Assembly: GCA_965237955.1 (NCBI GenBank) | Contig: OZ250169.1 | Coordinates: 224,001 to 288,000 of the forward strand | From: Candidatus Marinacidobacterales bacterium | Lineage (GTDB): Bacteria > Acidobacteriota > Vicinamibacteria > Marinacidobacterales > SMYC01 | Direction of reading: 5' to 3' | DNA length: 64,000 bases | Shown: positions 10,445-20,687 of the stretch, in pieces | Layout: every line of letters starts with the position of its first letter | Position numbering within the stretch: position 1 is the stretch's first letter | Program-made: the position numbers and the translations under genes | Notes under the pieces: model-generated | What the model saw: the letters and a program-made list of their open reading frames with translations, nothing else | Told to the model about the DNA's origin: nothing | The model's database searches: none

Positions 10445-11281
10445 TTGAAATTTCTCCTTTTGCGTTACGTGATTGCCGGCGCGGCGCTCGTCGGTGCGTG
10501 GGCAACGCTGCGCTTTCGCTCGGTCAAATTGGGGCTCGCTCTCGTGATTACGCTCGGCCTGTTGAGCTGGCTTCTCGCATGGTTGCCGCTCGAGCAGCCC
10601 TACGGGCTAAAGCCCGGAACCGAGACATCGTTCGACTTCGCCATCATGAGCGCAGGCGCAGCCCGCGGTGAGGTGCTCGAGGGATGGGTTTTGGGTCGGC
10701 GCAATCCACGCCCGGCCTGGAGCCTTCTGTGGTACGCCCTTTCGCCCGGCGATCCGGTCGCAGCCCGGGGGCTCGTTGTTTTGCTTGCTCCGTTGATGCT
10801 GATAGCACTCCCGTGCGTCGTCTACTGGCTCGTGCGTGGCGCTGGCGGTCAGGATCGCTTCGTCGCGCTCACCAGCGCTTTCACGGCTGTTCTCGCTTCT
10901 TCCGTTTCGCTCGATACATTCAGGCCTTTCTCGCTCTTCTACCAGGAGGTTTTCTTTGCAACACCGCGCTTTGCGCTAGCCCTCGTTCTTTCGCTCGCAG
11001 CGCTCGGGCTCGCTTGGCGCCCCCGAGCGCGGTGGCCGATAGTGAGCGGGGTGTTGCTGGGCGTGTTGGGCTTTCTCTATACGACGATCTTTGTCTGGGC
11101 CATGCTCACGCTCCTTTTCGGGGAGGTCCTGATCGTCGCTTCCGGCAAAGCTTTCCGATGGAGCGGAACGTGGCTCGCCATCTTGCTCGGCGGTGCTCTC
11201 GCGAGTCCGCAGATCGCTCTCCTCCTTCGCCGCGAGCTTCTCGTTCGCATCCCGTCCTGTGCCAAAACTCGGCCCTCTTGA
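10445..11281 (+). pseudogene. Polytopic membrane protein (putative AftA-like GT-C), N-terminal half, cut at about 11250 by a mobile-element end
   Basis: Multiple TM segments; WLPLEQPYGL...PRPAWSLLW aligns by eye with 27986..29650 and 39006..40688; the last codons come from the element terminus. Confidence 0.65.
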
Positions 11282-11306
11282 AATAGACCACAAATCAGCA
11301 GCTTAG
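11251..11306 (+). mobile_element. Terminus of an rve-integrase-type IS element
   Basis: 53 of 56 nt match the reverse complement of 62130..62185, which precedes an integrase N-terminus. Confidence 0.75.
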
Positions 11307-11423
11307 ACGCCCTTGGAATCCGCCGACCCTTGGGCTGCGGGGCGAGCTACGGGCAGTGAACTTCGCACCCGGAAGTCCCTCATTAGACTGGACTTTATCG
11401 AGCACAAGAGCGAACGTTCGGTG

Positions 11424-11855
11424 ATGCCGCAGGATACAGGGGTTGGCCGGAACGTCGTTTTGGACGGTTTGGACTTCGCCAGCTTACGGCGGGTCTGGGA
11501 GCAAACCTTTGGGGCTACTCCTCCAAGCTCGCTCTCGCGCGTTTTCCTGCGCCGCGTTCTCTTGCACGAACGCCAGTGCCGGACCCATGGCGGGCTTTCG
11601 GCTACAACCCGGCGCATTCTGGCCGCCATGGTGAACGGGACACCAGGCAACGCCGCTCCCGCAGGGTCCGTTTCTGCCGGCACCCATCTCGTCCGCGAGT
11701 GGAATGGCCGGACCTACCAGGTCGAGGTAATCGACAACGGCTATCGGTTCGATGGCAAAACCTATCCGTCCCTCACCGCCATCACAAAGCGAATCACCGG
11801 AACCCACTGGTCAGGACCACGCTTTTTCGGTCTGACGCCCAAGCGCAAGGCCTAA
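11424..11855 (+). CDS. DUF2924 domain protein
   Basis: LVREWNGRTYQVEV...YPSLTAITKRITGTHWSGPRFFGL signature; lies directly before a serine recombinase. Confidence 0.9.
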   Translation: MPQDTGVGRNVVLDGLDFASLRRVWEQTFGATPPSSLSRVFLRRVLLHERQCRTHGGLSATTRRILAAMVNGTPGNAAPAGSVSAGTHLVREWNGRTYQVEVIDNGYRFDGKTYPSLTAITKRITGTHWSGPRFFGLTPKRKA

Positions 11856-11856
11856 C

Positions 11857-13528
11857 ATGAAGAAAATCCGCTGTGCCATCTATACGCGAAAGAGCGCGGA
11901 AGAAGGTCTCGAGCAGGAGTTCAACTCCCTCGATGCGCAGCGAGAAGCCTGCGCCGCGTATGTCGCGAGCCAGAAAGCGGAGGGCTGGGTGCTGCTGCCA
12001 ACCGTCTACGAGGACGCGGGGATCTCGGGAGGAACCCTGGAGCGCCCGGGCCTGCAGCGCTTGCTCGCCGACATTGATGCCGGTCTCGTCGAGCAGATTG
12101 TGGTCTACAAGGTCGACCGGCTGACCCGTTCCCTCTCCGACTTTGCGAAGCTCGTCGAACGGCTCGAGGCGGCCGGCGCGGTTTTCGTCTCGGTGACTCA
12201 GTCCTTCAACACCGCGACCAGCATGGGACGACTGACGCTGCATATGCTGCTGTCCTTCGCGCAATTCGAACGCGAGGTCACGGCCGAGCGGATCCGCGAT
12301 AAGGTCGCTGCCTCCAAGCGCAAAGGGACTATGGATGGGCGGCCGCGTACCGCTAGGCTATGAGAAGGACGAGCGCACGCTGCGCATCAACGAGGCTGAG
12401 GCCGAAACGGTCCGGACGCTCTATGCGCTGTACCGGAAGCACGGAACGCTCCGGCAGGTGAAGGCCGAGGCAGACCATCTGGGACTGCGCACCAAGCAAC
12501 GGCTTACCGCTGATGGAACCCGGACAGGAGGGCTGCCGTTCCGTCGCGGACACCTCCACTGCCTGCTGACCAATCCTCTCTACGCCGGCCGCATCCGGCA
12601 CCAGAGGCGTGTCTACGAGGGCCAGCATCCATCGATCATTGCTCCGGAACTCTGGGACGAGGTCCAGGCGCAGCTGCAGGCAGGGGCTGCCAAACCGAGG
12701 AAACGCACGACGAAGGGCCGTGCAGCCCGTTCCCCACTGGCAGGCAAGCTCTTCGACGAGACCGGGGACCGGCTGACGCCGAGCCACACCAAAAAGAAAA
12801 ACGGGCAACGGCTCCGCTACTACGTCTCCCGGCGCCTCATCCAGCACAGTGGCCAAAAGGACCTCTCCGGCTGGCGCCTGCCCGCCCCGATGCTGGAACA
12901 GACCGTCGTGCATCTCATCCGACAGCATGTGGATGCCACGACCTTCTCGGCGTCGTTGATCCACACTCCGACGATGCAAGAGCTCACCTCGGTGCGTCGC
13001 TTTTTAGACGGGCTGTGTTCCGGTAGTAATGGCAATAATAATGACAGTGCCTCGGCAGCCCCCCTGCTCCATCTTATCCGGCGGGTCGATATCAGCCCCG
13101 GCTCTGTGTCCATCCTGCTCGACCGCAATGCGTTCGCTGCTTGCCTGTCTATGGGACCTGACCGCATTCGCGAGGGTGCACTCCGCATCCACGCACCGTT
13201 CCGCTTGCGTCGACGCGGCGTCGAGACCAAGCTCGTTCTGGGCAACCCCACGAAATCCGTCGACCGCACACTCCTGCGCAATATCGCCAACGCCCTCTCC
13301 TGGCTCGACCGGATCAAAGCAGGCAAAACCTATGAGCAGATTGCAACCGAAGACGCCATCCCAACGGACCGCGTGCGCAAGGTGATCCGCTATGCCTTCC
13401 TGGCCCCCGACATCGTCCGCGCCATTGTCGAAGGTCGCCAGCCCGTTGGGCTGACCTCGAGCTACCTCTTGCATCATCCGCTTCCCGACGATTGGGAGAA
13501 ACAACGAGTGCTCGTCGCAACGCTGTGA
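11857..13528 (+). pseudogene. Large serine recombinase with a +1 frameshift near 12325
   Basis: CAIYTRKS catalytic motif, VYKVDRLTRS, FAQFERE; removing one base from CGCAAAGGGACTATGG restores KGLWMGGRVPLGY; recombinase and C-terminal regions follow in 12335..13528. Confidence 0.88.
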
Positions 13529-14175
13529 GCCTGCAAGCGCCCCACTTCGTGAATAGGCTCGGTTAGCAGCAAGCTGCTCTCCGACACTGGCCTCCGCCAA
13601 TCAGCCTCAAACTGGCCCAAATTCCCTGTCATGGTTTCCAGACTCGGATAGCTCCTTGTACTGGACCGTCTGCGGAGTCATCTTCGTTTCCTCCGTAAAA
13701 CTCCGCTGGATGAATTCGAGGTTTGGCCAATTCGAATTCCGCTATTCGCCTTCTCCTCAGGCGCGATCTAGGCGTAGAGCGTCTTCTCATTGTCTGCGCG
13801 ATTAAGTGGAAAAACGGCCCGATAAGCCCCAAAATCGCACCAAATTGCCCGTTGATGGGTGCTTCCGCCATTAAGTGTTGGTGAGATGACGCTAAGACTT
13901 TACGCTGCATTAAATTACAGCCAAAATAGCGCTCGCGACCTTCTCAACAACATCCATCGCCTACTCCATCGCTTCCAGCCGAAACCTTGGCGCAAGAAGC
14001 GCCAAGACTTCTCGGCCTTCGCCTTGACGTATATCCTTCGTCCCCTCTGTGCCAACATCGGTGAGACACTTCGCCCCTTGAAATTAGTGTAGAGGGCGGA
14101 GGAGGATCAACGCATGAGTATGTTGCCTGAGAGAGAGACCTCGACGGGATCGGAAGGAGCCCGTAGGGCGACTGG

Positions 14176-14321
14176 GTGCGCCTGGCATGGATGAATGGCG
14201 GCGGGTGCAAGTCCCGTATGGAGCCAGCTGGAGGCAACCATAAATCGTAGGCAACTGCATGAGTCCGGAACCGGCGAGAGCCTGAACCGACCTTTCCCGT
14301 GAGGGCGTGTGGGATGGAAGC
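14176..14321 (+). ncRNA. 5' fragment of a group II intron (class C-like), truncated by IS5
   Basis: Begins GTGCGCCTGGCATGG...GGGTGCAAGTCCCG, typical of a IIC 5' end and domain I; follows the hairpin GCCCGTAGGGC. Confidence 0.7.
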
Positions 14322-15406
14322 GGCGTTGTTGCACCGCTCTGGCTGAGAGCGAAATCCGCCTATGGTGGTGGCCGAGGTATGTTCGAGCATGAAGTATCCC
14401 AAGCGCTGCCAGTACAAGCACGCGAAGCAGAAGAAGTACCACGTTCGCAACTGGGCGGAATACAACGAAGGGCTGCGCCGCCGGGGCGATTTGACAGTCT
14501 GGTTTGACGAGGAGGCAATCGCGAACTGGAAGGCCGACAAGACCGGTAAGCCTGGCGGTCAACGGGTCTATTCAGACATGGCGATTGAAACGGGCCTGGT
14601 TGTCCGGATGGTGTACAAGCTCGCCTACCGACAAACCGAAGGCTTCTTGCACTCGATCGCCTCGCTGCTCGGGCTCGGTATCGAGATCCCGGACTACTCG
14701 ACGTTGTGTCGGCGCTCGAGGTTGCTCCGCAAGAAGCTGCGGATTCCGAAAGCCGCGAGCACTCAACCCATCCACCTGATGATCGATAGCACGGGCTTGA
14801 GGATTCATGTTGGAAACGCCCGCAAACCGCCAAAGCTGCGCGCATGGCGCAAGTTGCACATCGCCGTTGATCGCGAGACAGGGAACATTGTTGCGTCCGA
14901 ACTGACGGCGTCACGAGCTCGCGACGCAACCCGAGTCCCCGCTTTGCTAACACAGATTCAAGCACCTCTAGTGTCGGTGGCGGCGGACAGTGCATACGAC
15001 AAGGAAGCGGTCTACGAAGCCATCGAAGCGCACAGTCCTGGACGAAGGACGCGCGTGGTGATTCCGCCGCAACGAAACGCGACGCTCAGTCAGAATTCGA
15101 ACACCGCCATGCAGGAGCGCGATCGCCATATTCGTGCAATCGAAAGACACGGCCGACGTGAATGGTACAAGCTCTCAGGCTACACCAAGCGAAGCATGGT
15201 GGAGAACGCGGTCTATCGTTACAAGGCGATCATCGGGCCGGAGATGCGGGCTCGAACGTTGGCGAGGCAACGAGTTGAACACCGAATTGGGTGCGAGATA
15301 CTCACCAAGATGGCTGCGCTCGGGATGCCCGATACGTACTGCGCCGGGTGACTCTGCAACCGGCACAGGGAGGTCAGCGATTTGCTCCGGGCCGTGCAAC
15401 AACGCC
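14322..15406 (+). mobile_element. IS5 family (IS903 group) element
   Basis: Perfect 13-bp IR GGCGTTGTTGCAC/GTGCAACAACGCC; no TSD visible. Confidence 0.92.
14389..15351 (+). CDS. IS5/IS903-group DDE transposase
   Basis: NWAEYNEGLRRRGDLTVW, PDYSTLCRR, IDSTGL, WRKLH, ADSAYD, GYTKRSMVE. Confidence 0.93.
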   Translation: MKYPKRCQYKHAKQKKYHVRNWAEYNEGLRRRGDLTVWFDEEAIANWKADKTGKPGGQRVYSDMAIETGLVVRMVYKLAYRQTEGFLHSIASLLGLGIEIPDYSTLCRRSRLLRKKLRIPKAASTQPIHLMIDSTGLRIHVGNARKPPKLRAWRKLHIAVDRETGNIVASELTASRARDATRVPALLTQIQAPLVSVAADSAYDKEAVYEAIEAHSPGRRTRVVIPPQRNATLSQNSNTAMQERDRHIRAIERHGRREWYKLSGYTKRSMVENAVYRYKAIIGPEMRARTLARQRVEHRIGCEILTKMAALGMPDTYCAG

Positions 15407-16064
15407 CGTAGGGGCAACAGCTTCGCCAATTTCTTCAAGCACGCCGACAACGATCCAGACGAAGTCTCGGACGGCGCATGGCGAAAAGGGCGATATGACT
15501 CGCAAAACTCGCAAAACTCCCCGTATGGGCCAGGACGTAGGTTCCGACCTGTGCTTCGGGGTTTCCAGCCGAGACCGGATAGCTCCGGACTTCACCATCC
15601 GCCACCCAGTCTGGCCAATTGTGGCACTGCAGAGACGGGTGAGATTTTCCGCGCGGTTGGGCGGGGTTTTGCAGGGGTAGGTGTCACCAGAGACGCGCTA
15701 GAAGGGCTGAACGGGCCTCATTTTCGGTTTTGGTCTCTAATCTCGATTTTCGAGTGCCACGTTTGCGCCAAAGGGGGGGAGCGGGTCGCTGACAGGGCCG
15801 TGCAGCGTCGGAAAAGAGACCGCCCGAGAGGTCCAGAATCAAGGCCAGGGCTACCACGGCGTAGCCGGCTAGCACGTTCTGGTCCAGGTGCGGCCCGGGC
15901 CTGGATCCAGGTCTCCGCCCGGGAGCGTGGCATCCCGTTGCTGGACGGTGTTTTCCCTGCGCGTACGGGGAACCCGAATCGCCGACATCGCCCCCGACAC
16001 GCCCCAGATCTGGAGCTCGCCATGGGTCGATGACGATCGAAACGGCCCGGCGCGCCAGTCTTGA

Positions 16065-16170
16065 GTTTGTTTGTGTTTTTGGACAGGACGCGGTCTTTGC
16101 TGACGAGGTCGTCGCACGACTCGCCGGGATCTTGTTCGCGCTCGAGTCCGTTTGTGTTTTTGGACACGAC
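16065..16170 (+). repeat. Two direct copies of GTTTGTGTTTTTGGACA(G/C)GAC, possibly rve-element termini
   Basis: Copies near 16068 and 16150; similar to the GAGTTTTGGCACAGGAC terminus at 62166. Confidence 0.5.
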
Positions 16171-16238
16171 GGCTTTCTATTTATTCATCCGCGCGCACTG
16201 AACTTGATTCATCTCCGGTCTGTCGGCACCATGCCCGC

Positions 16239-16662
16239 ATGATTTCGTCGTTGATTCCCGCTCTCATCTCTGCCTTCAAGGCTCGTCGCGAGCTGGCTCT
16301 CGAGAATGTCGCTCTTCGGCAGCAGCTCGCCGTCCTCCGTCGTTCGGTGAAACGGCCGCGGGTTTTGGGTGCTGTTGCGCAGAATTTGGACTGACTGGGA
16401 GAGCGTCCTCGTCATAGTGAACCCTGAGACGGTCCTCCGCTGGCACCGTTGTGGGTTCAGACGATAATGGGCTTGGAAGAGCCGACGGCGTAGGCCTGGA
16501 CGACCAGGCGTCGCTCCCGAAATACGTGAGCTGATACGGAACATGAGCAAGGCCAACCCTCTATGGGGAACTCCCAGCGTGCATGGCGAGCTAGCGAAGC
16601 TGGGCATCTCCATTTCCCAGGCTGCCGTCTCCAAGTATATGGTTCGCCATCGCACGCCACCG
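16239..16662 (+). pseudogene. N-terminal fragment of an rve integrase-core transposase
   Basis: ELALENVALRQQLAVLRR, VNPETVLRWHR, GRPGVAPEIRELIRNMSKANPLWG...GELAKLGI; frameshifted, contains a stop, truncated. Confidence 0.8.
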
Positions 16663-16723
16663 CAGTACCATTTCACCCTTCCTCCATCGACCGTCTGTTC
16701 ATGAGTCTCGAGTCTTCGTGTAC

Positions 16724-18005
16724 TCACTCCAACGGACCCTTAACAGAGCGTCGGAATCGATTGAACAGAGTCCGCACTCCCTCTGCCGCAAGGACCGCGA
16801 TGCACACGGTTGTCGAAGTCCGCATCCTGGTGTCCATCCCGGATGTTTGCGACGCCATCGTTGCTAGAGTGACATAGCCGATGATGGTCAGTGTGATAAG
16901 AAAGCTAGGCCAGTCCTTCCGCTTCCATATGACGCCAAGCCCAATGCCGGCAAGCGCATACAACGAGAGATTGTAAATTAGCTCCAGCAAGGATGGCGCA
17001 CCGTAAAGTGTACTGAAGCCATACATGTAAAAGAGCCCAACTGGAATCAAAGCGATGTACCAAAAGGGATGCTCGAGGAAAACTGATATCGCGATGCGAC
17101 GCATCGCTCTGACGCGTCGACCGTCATCAGGTGCAAAGTTTCGCCAGAAGTTTGACACTTCGAGCTCTTCCTGCGGACTGCCCAATCGCTCTTCCAGTTC
17201 CGACATAAACTGACGGCGAACGACATCGGGGGACACGCCCCCCCGTGCCCAGCGCTCCACGCTCGCGGCACGGTAGAAAAGCATGTTGAAGGTACTTACG
17301 GTGGTATAGGTGAATTCGCCAATAAAGTATAGATTCCGGCCGCTCCATACAAGCACACAGATGAGAGGGATAATCGCGAAGGCGCTGTACATCCGCCAGC
17401 GTAGCCGGACCAAAGAACAGAAGATGGGAAAGCAGAACAGGAACAGATAAATTGTCGTCGGCCTAGCGAGCACGGACAATCCCAGCCAAAGTCCAGCAAG
17501 ACTGGCATCTGACAATCGCTGGAGCTTGACGCTACGCGCCAACCAAAGCACTGATAGGGCGATAAACAAGTTTGCGAGAGACTCGGCTAGCACCGTAATG
17601 TTGTGCGCCGTGGAGGCAGGGTCGATCGCGACCAGGGCCCCCCGCGACAACGCTGAAGGGAGTGTTGTGTATCAATCTCAGACCAACCAGGTAGGCAAGA
17701 GCGGCGGTGGCCGAGCCGAGCAGCGTGTTCGCGACGGCGACCGCTAGATGCGATTCACCGAAGATCCCATACAGTCCCGCGACGAAAAGCGGCATAAGCG
17801 GCGGCCGCGCCGCGAACAGCTGGCTCGACCAGCCTGATCCAAGCAGCAAGTCCAACGCCAGGCTGTGATACGTATCGTCGGAAGAGAGCTCGAAAGGAGA
17901 GAGCTCTCGGGAAAGAGCAAAATAATAGAGACACCCGATACGCAAGGTGAGAGCACAGGTAAAAATGCCCCAAAGAATCATCCAGTCTTGTCTTCGGAGC
18001 GCCAC
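16724..18005 (-). pseudogene. ArnT/PMT (GT39/GT83-like) GT-C glycosyltransferase with a frameshift at the G6 run 17638-17643
   Basis: SDDTYHSLA, RPPLMPLF, LAESLA, LARP motifs; removing one G gives a continuous AGALVAIDP. Confidence 0.8.
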
Positions 18006-18314
18006 GCCGCGAATCTCTGCTTTGCGGAGACTACCAGAAACATCGTAGAGTTTCTATCTAATACTTCTCTCCAAGTTCCACACGCCGGGCTCCTGGGCTG
18101 GCTCTCAACATCGTTCTCTGTACGGTGCTTTCATATCTCACGTCACCCGCAGCGCCAAACTGAGTTAAGCCCGACCATGATCAATAACTGACCGGCTTGA
18201 TAGCACGATGTGTCCCGAGGTCCGTGGAAGGTCGATCAGCTTCTCGAGGGTACTTTCGAGTGAACGAACGATTTCGGTCACTCCCCGATGACCTCCGCCC
18301 ACGCGGGCGGTGCC

Positions 18315-18591
18315 ATTGCTGTCAAGTTGGGCCTTTAACTGACAGAATGAGCCAATGAACAGCAAGTCGCCGAGCTACCGCGGATATCGATTTCCACCGG
18401 AGATCATCAGCCACGCCGTTTGGCTCTACCATCGCTTTTGTTTGAGCTTTCGAGATGTAGAGGACCTCCTTGCCCAGCGCGGGATCACCGTCTCGTATGA
18501 AGCGGTCCGACTTTGGTGCATCAAGTTCGGTCCAGAATACGCTCGCGGGCTGAAGCGACGGCAAGGTCGCCTCGGCGATACGTGGCACTTG
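18315..18591 (+). mobile_element. Divergent IS6-family element, 5' part, truncated by IS21
   Basis: IR-like TGCTGTCAAGTTG; ORF from 18355 SYRGYRFPPEIISHAVWLYHRF...DTWHL ends at the IS21 terminus. Confidence 0.85.
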
Positions 18592-19605
18592 TGTTAGCGA
18601 TCATGTAAAAGCGCGGGTTTCTGACACATGGGGTCGGGGGGGCTAGCAAGGAAGTTGGAGTTGCCGATGTCGGGGTCGTTTGGCCTGATGGGTGTGGCGT
18701 TTCAGTACCAGGAGCTGAAGTCGTTTCAGGCTGATCGGCAGTAGAGGTAGAAGGTGGTGAAGACGCGGAACGCGAGGCAGGAAAAGAAGGGGGGGCGTCA
18801 ATCCACCCGTGAAGTGTTTGACGACTCCTATCGTTGCCAGTCCTCGGAACGAGCGATCCATCGCCTGAGCGAAGCGCGGTGTGTTCTTTTTTTTTGAGGA
18901 GAGGTCGTCGTCGAAGTACCAACGGAAAGTTTTGATTTCCTCGAGGATGTCGAGGTGCGGAAAGTCGCGTTGAAGTTCCTCGACGAAGAGAGTGTCGGTA
19001 GCTGTGAGGAAAGGATATCCAGGGAGGTGATGTTCAAGGTAGTCGAGGATTCCCTGAATGGTGGGGTCGAAGCCGACGAAGGATTGCGGATGGTTGTGAT
19101 CCATGAGAGATCTCCTTTGGATTAGAGAAGGAGTTTTTGCCTGACGGCGACGACGAAGGAAGGGTCGACGGACGACGAATCGGTCATCGGGCCGAGGGCG
19201 AGCTGGCGTGTAAGGCAGCGCGGAGTAGAGCGCGAGAACGGAACGAACGTAGAGTGAGGAAGGAGGGTTGCGTCCTTTAGGCTGGGGCTTTTTTCTGTCG
19301 CCGTCTTTGTTTGCGCTCGTCATTTTCCTGCTCGCTTTCTCGGACGCGGTAACTCTTACCCTCGAGAACGGTGACATCGGCATGGTGGGTGAGCCTGTCC
19401 AGCAAGGTTGCGATGCAAGTGGCATTAGGAAAAACAGTGTTCCAGTCCTTGAAGGCGAGATTGGTAGTCAAGACGATGGAACGTCGCGCGTCGTAGCGAG
19501 GATTGACGACGTGGAAGAGGAGGTCGGCGGCGTTTTCGTCGTAGGAGAGATAGCCAAGCTCGTCGATGCAGAGCAACTTTGGTCGAAAGTACTTTCTCAA
19601 ACGCT
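18592..19605 (-). mobile_element. Right-hand part of an IS21-family element with accessory ORFs
   Basis: Terminus TGTTAGCGATCATGTAAAAG at 18592; the istB 3' part is followed by small ORFs. Confidence 0.75.
19277..19600 (-). pseudogene. istB: IstB ATPase, C-terminal fragment
   Basis: [10 protein letters not shown] (Walker B), [22 protein letters not shown]; Walker A is missing. Confidence 0.88.
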
Positions 19606-19807
19606 GGCCGTCTGGTCAAAATACTCGAACGCCCAGCAGGTCAGCAATTTGCACCTTTCCAAAGGCCGCTTGAATCCGCCGTCGCGGTCGAATACTTATT
19701 CCAGTTCAGCGGAAGGAATCGCGATGGAGATGGACTGGAAGACCATGCTGAGACTACATCTCAGGATCCCGAAATGAACTACTATCGGTCGCAGGAAGGC
19801 TCGCTAG

Positions 19808-20613
19808 GGTATTGTCAAATTGAGCTGGTGACTGACAGAATGGTCCAATGAAGACCGATGCGCCAAGCTACCACGGCTATCGATTTCCACCGGAAATCAT
19901 CAGCCACGCCGTCTGGCTCTACCACCGATTCTGCGTGAGCTTTCGAAACGTCGAAGAGTTGCTCGCTCAGCGAGGCATCACGGTTTCTTACGAAGCGGTC
20001 CGACTGTGGTGCATTAAGTTCGGGCCGGAATACGCTCGGCGACTGAAGCGTCGTCAGGGTCGTCTCGGTGACACGTGGCACCTAGACGAGGTCTTCATAA
20101 AGATACAAGGTGAACGCCAATACCTCTGGCGCGCGGTAGACCAAGATGGTGATGTAATCGATATCCTCGTCCAGCCTCGCCGTGATCAGAAAGCCGCCAA
20201 ACGATTCTTCCGCAAGCTGTTGAAGGGGCAAGGCCGTCCGCCCTGGCAGCTGGTCACCGACAAACTGAGAAGCTACAGCGCCGCTCACCGCGAGGTCATG
20301 CCGTCCGTCGTCCACGACACTGACCAGTACAGAAACAACCTAGCCGAAGTCTCGCACGAGCCGACGCGACAACGGGAACGACAGATGCGAAAGTTTAAAG
20401 CTCCTGGGCAGGCGCAACGATTCTTGACCGTGCATGGACTCGTGCAAAATCTCTTTCGCGTCGGACGGCATTTGTTGCAAGCGCGTCATCATCGGGAGCT
20501 ACGAGACCGCCCTTTCATCGTCTGGCAGGAGGTAACGTGTGCCGCATGACGAGAGCAAAGGAAGTCAGCTCGACGCGATAGGTTCGCTCGCTCAACGTCA
20601 ACTTGACAATACC
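19808..20613 (+). mobile_element. IS6-family element, 806 bp
   Basis: IRs GGTATTGTCAAATTG / CAACTTGACAATACC; intact transposase; no TSD. Confidence 0.95.
19848..20549 (+). CDS. IS6-family DDE transposase
   Basis: RFPPEII, WHLDE, YLWRAVD, VTDKLRSY, NNLAE. Confidence 0.95.
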   Translation: MKTDAPSYHGYRFPPEIISHAVWLYHRFCVSFRNVEELLAQRGITVSYEAVRLWCIKFGPEYARRLKRRQGRLGDTWHLDEVFIKIQGERQYLWRAVDQDGDVIDILVQPRRDQKAAKRFFRKLLKGQGRPPWQLVTDKLRSYSAAHREVMPSVVHDTDQYRNNLAEVSHEPTRQRERQMRKFKAPGQAQRFLTVHGLVQNLFRVGRHLLQARHHRELRDRPFIVWQEVTCAA

Positions 20614-20651
20614 GACCATTCTGTCAGTCACCACCTCAACTTGACAATACC
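20614..20651 (-). mobile_element. Orphan 38-bp IS6 left end
   Basis: Its reverse complement is identical to 24544..24581. Confidence 0.9.
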
Positions 20652-20687
20652 GTTTCGCCAGGAAACCAAGTCCCGGTTGACGCTCGT

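Noticed and set aside
12315-12340. Programmed frameshift in the serine recombinase
   Set aside because: A +1 shift is needed, there is no canonical slippery heptamer, and the family normally reads KGLWMGG continuously; a mutation or sequencing error is more likely.
13560-14090. Possible transposase tail between the recombinase and the intron fragment
   Set aside because: The short ORF 13859..14092 has no diagnostic motif or identifiable IR, so it was left unannotated.
15134-16033. 299-aa ORF downstream of IS5
   Set aside because: It starts inside the transposase in another frame, is Arg/Pro/Gly-rich and has no motifs; the region looks like mobile-element debris that I could not assign.
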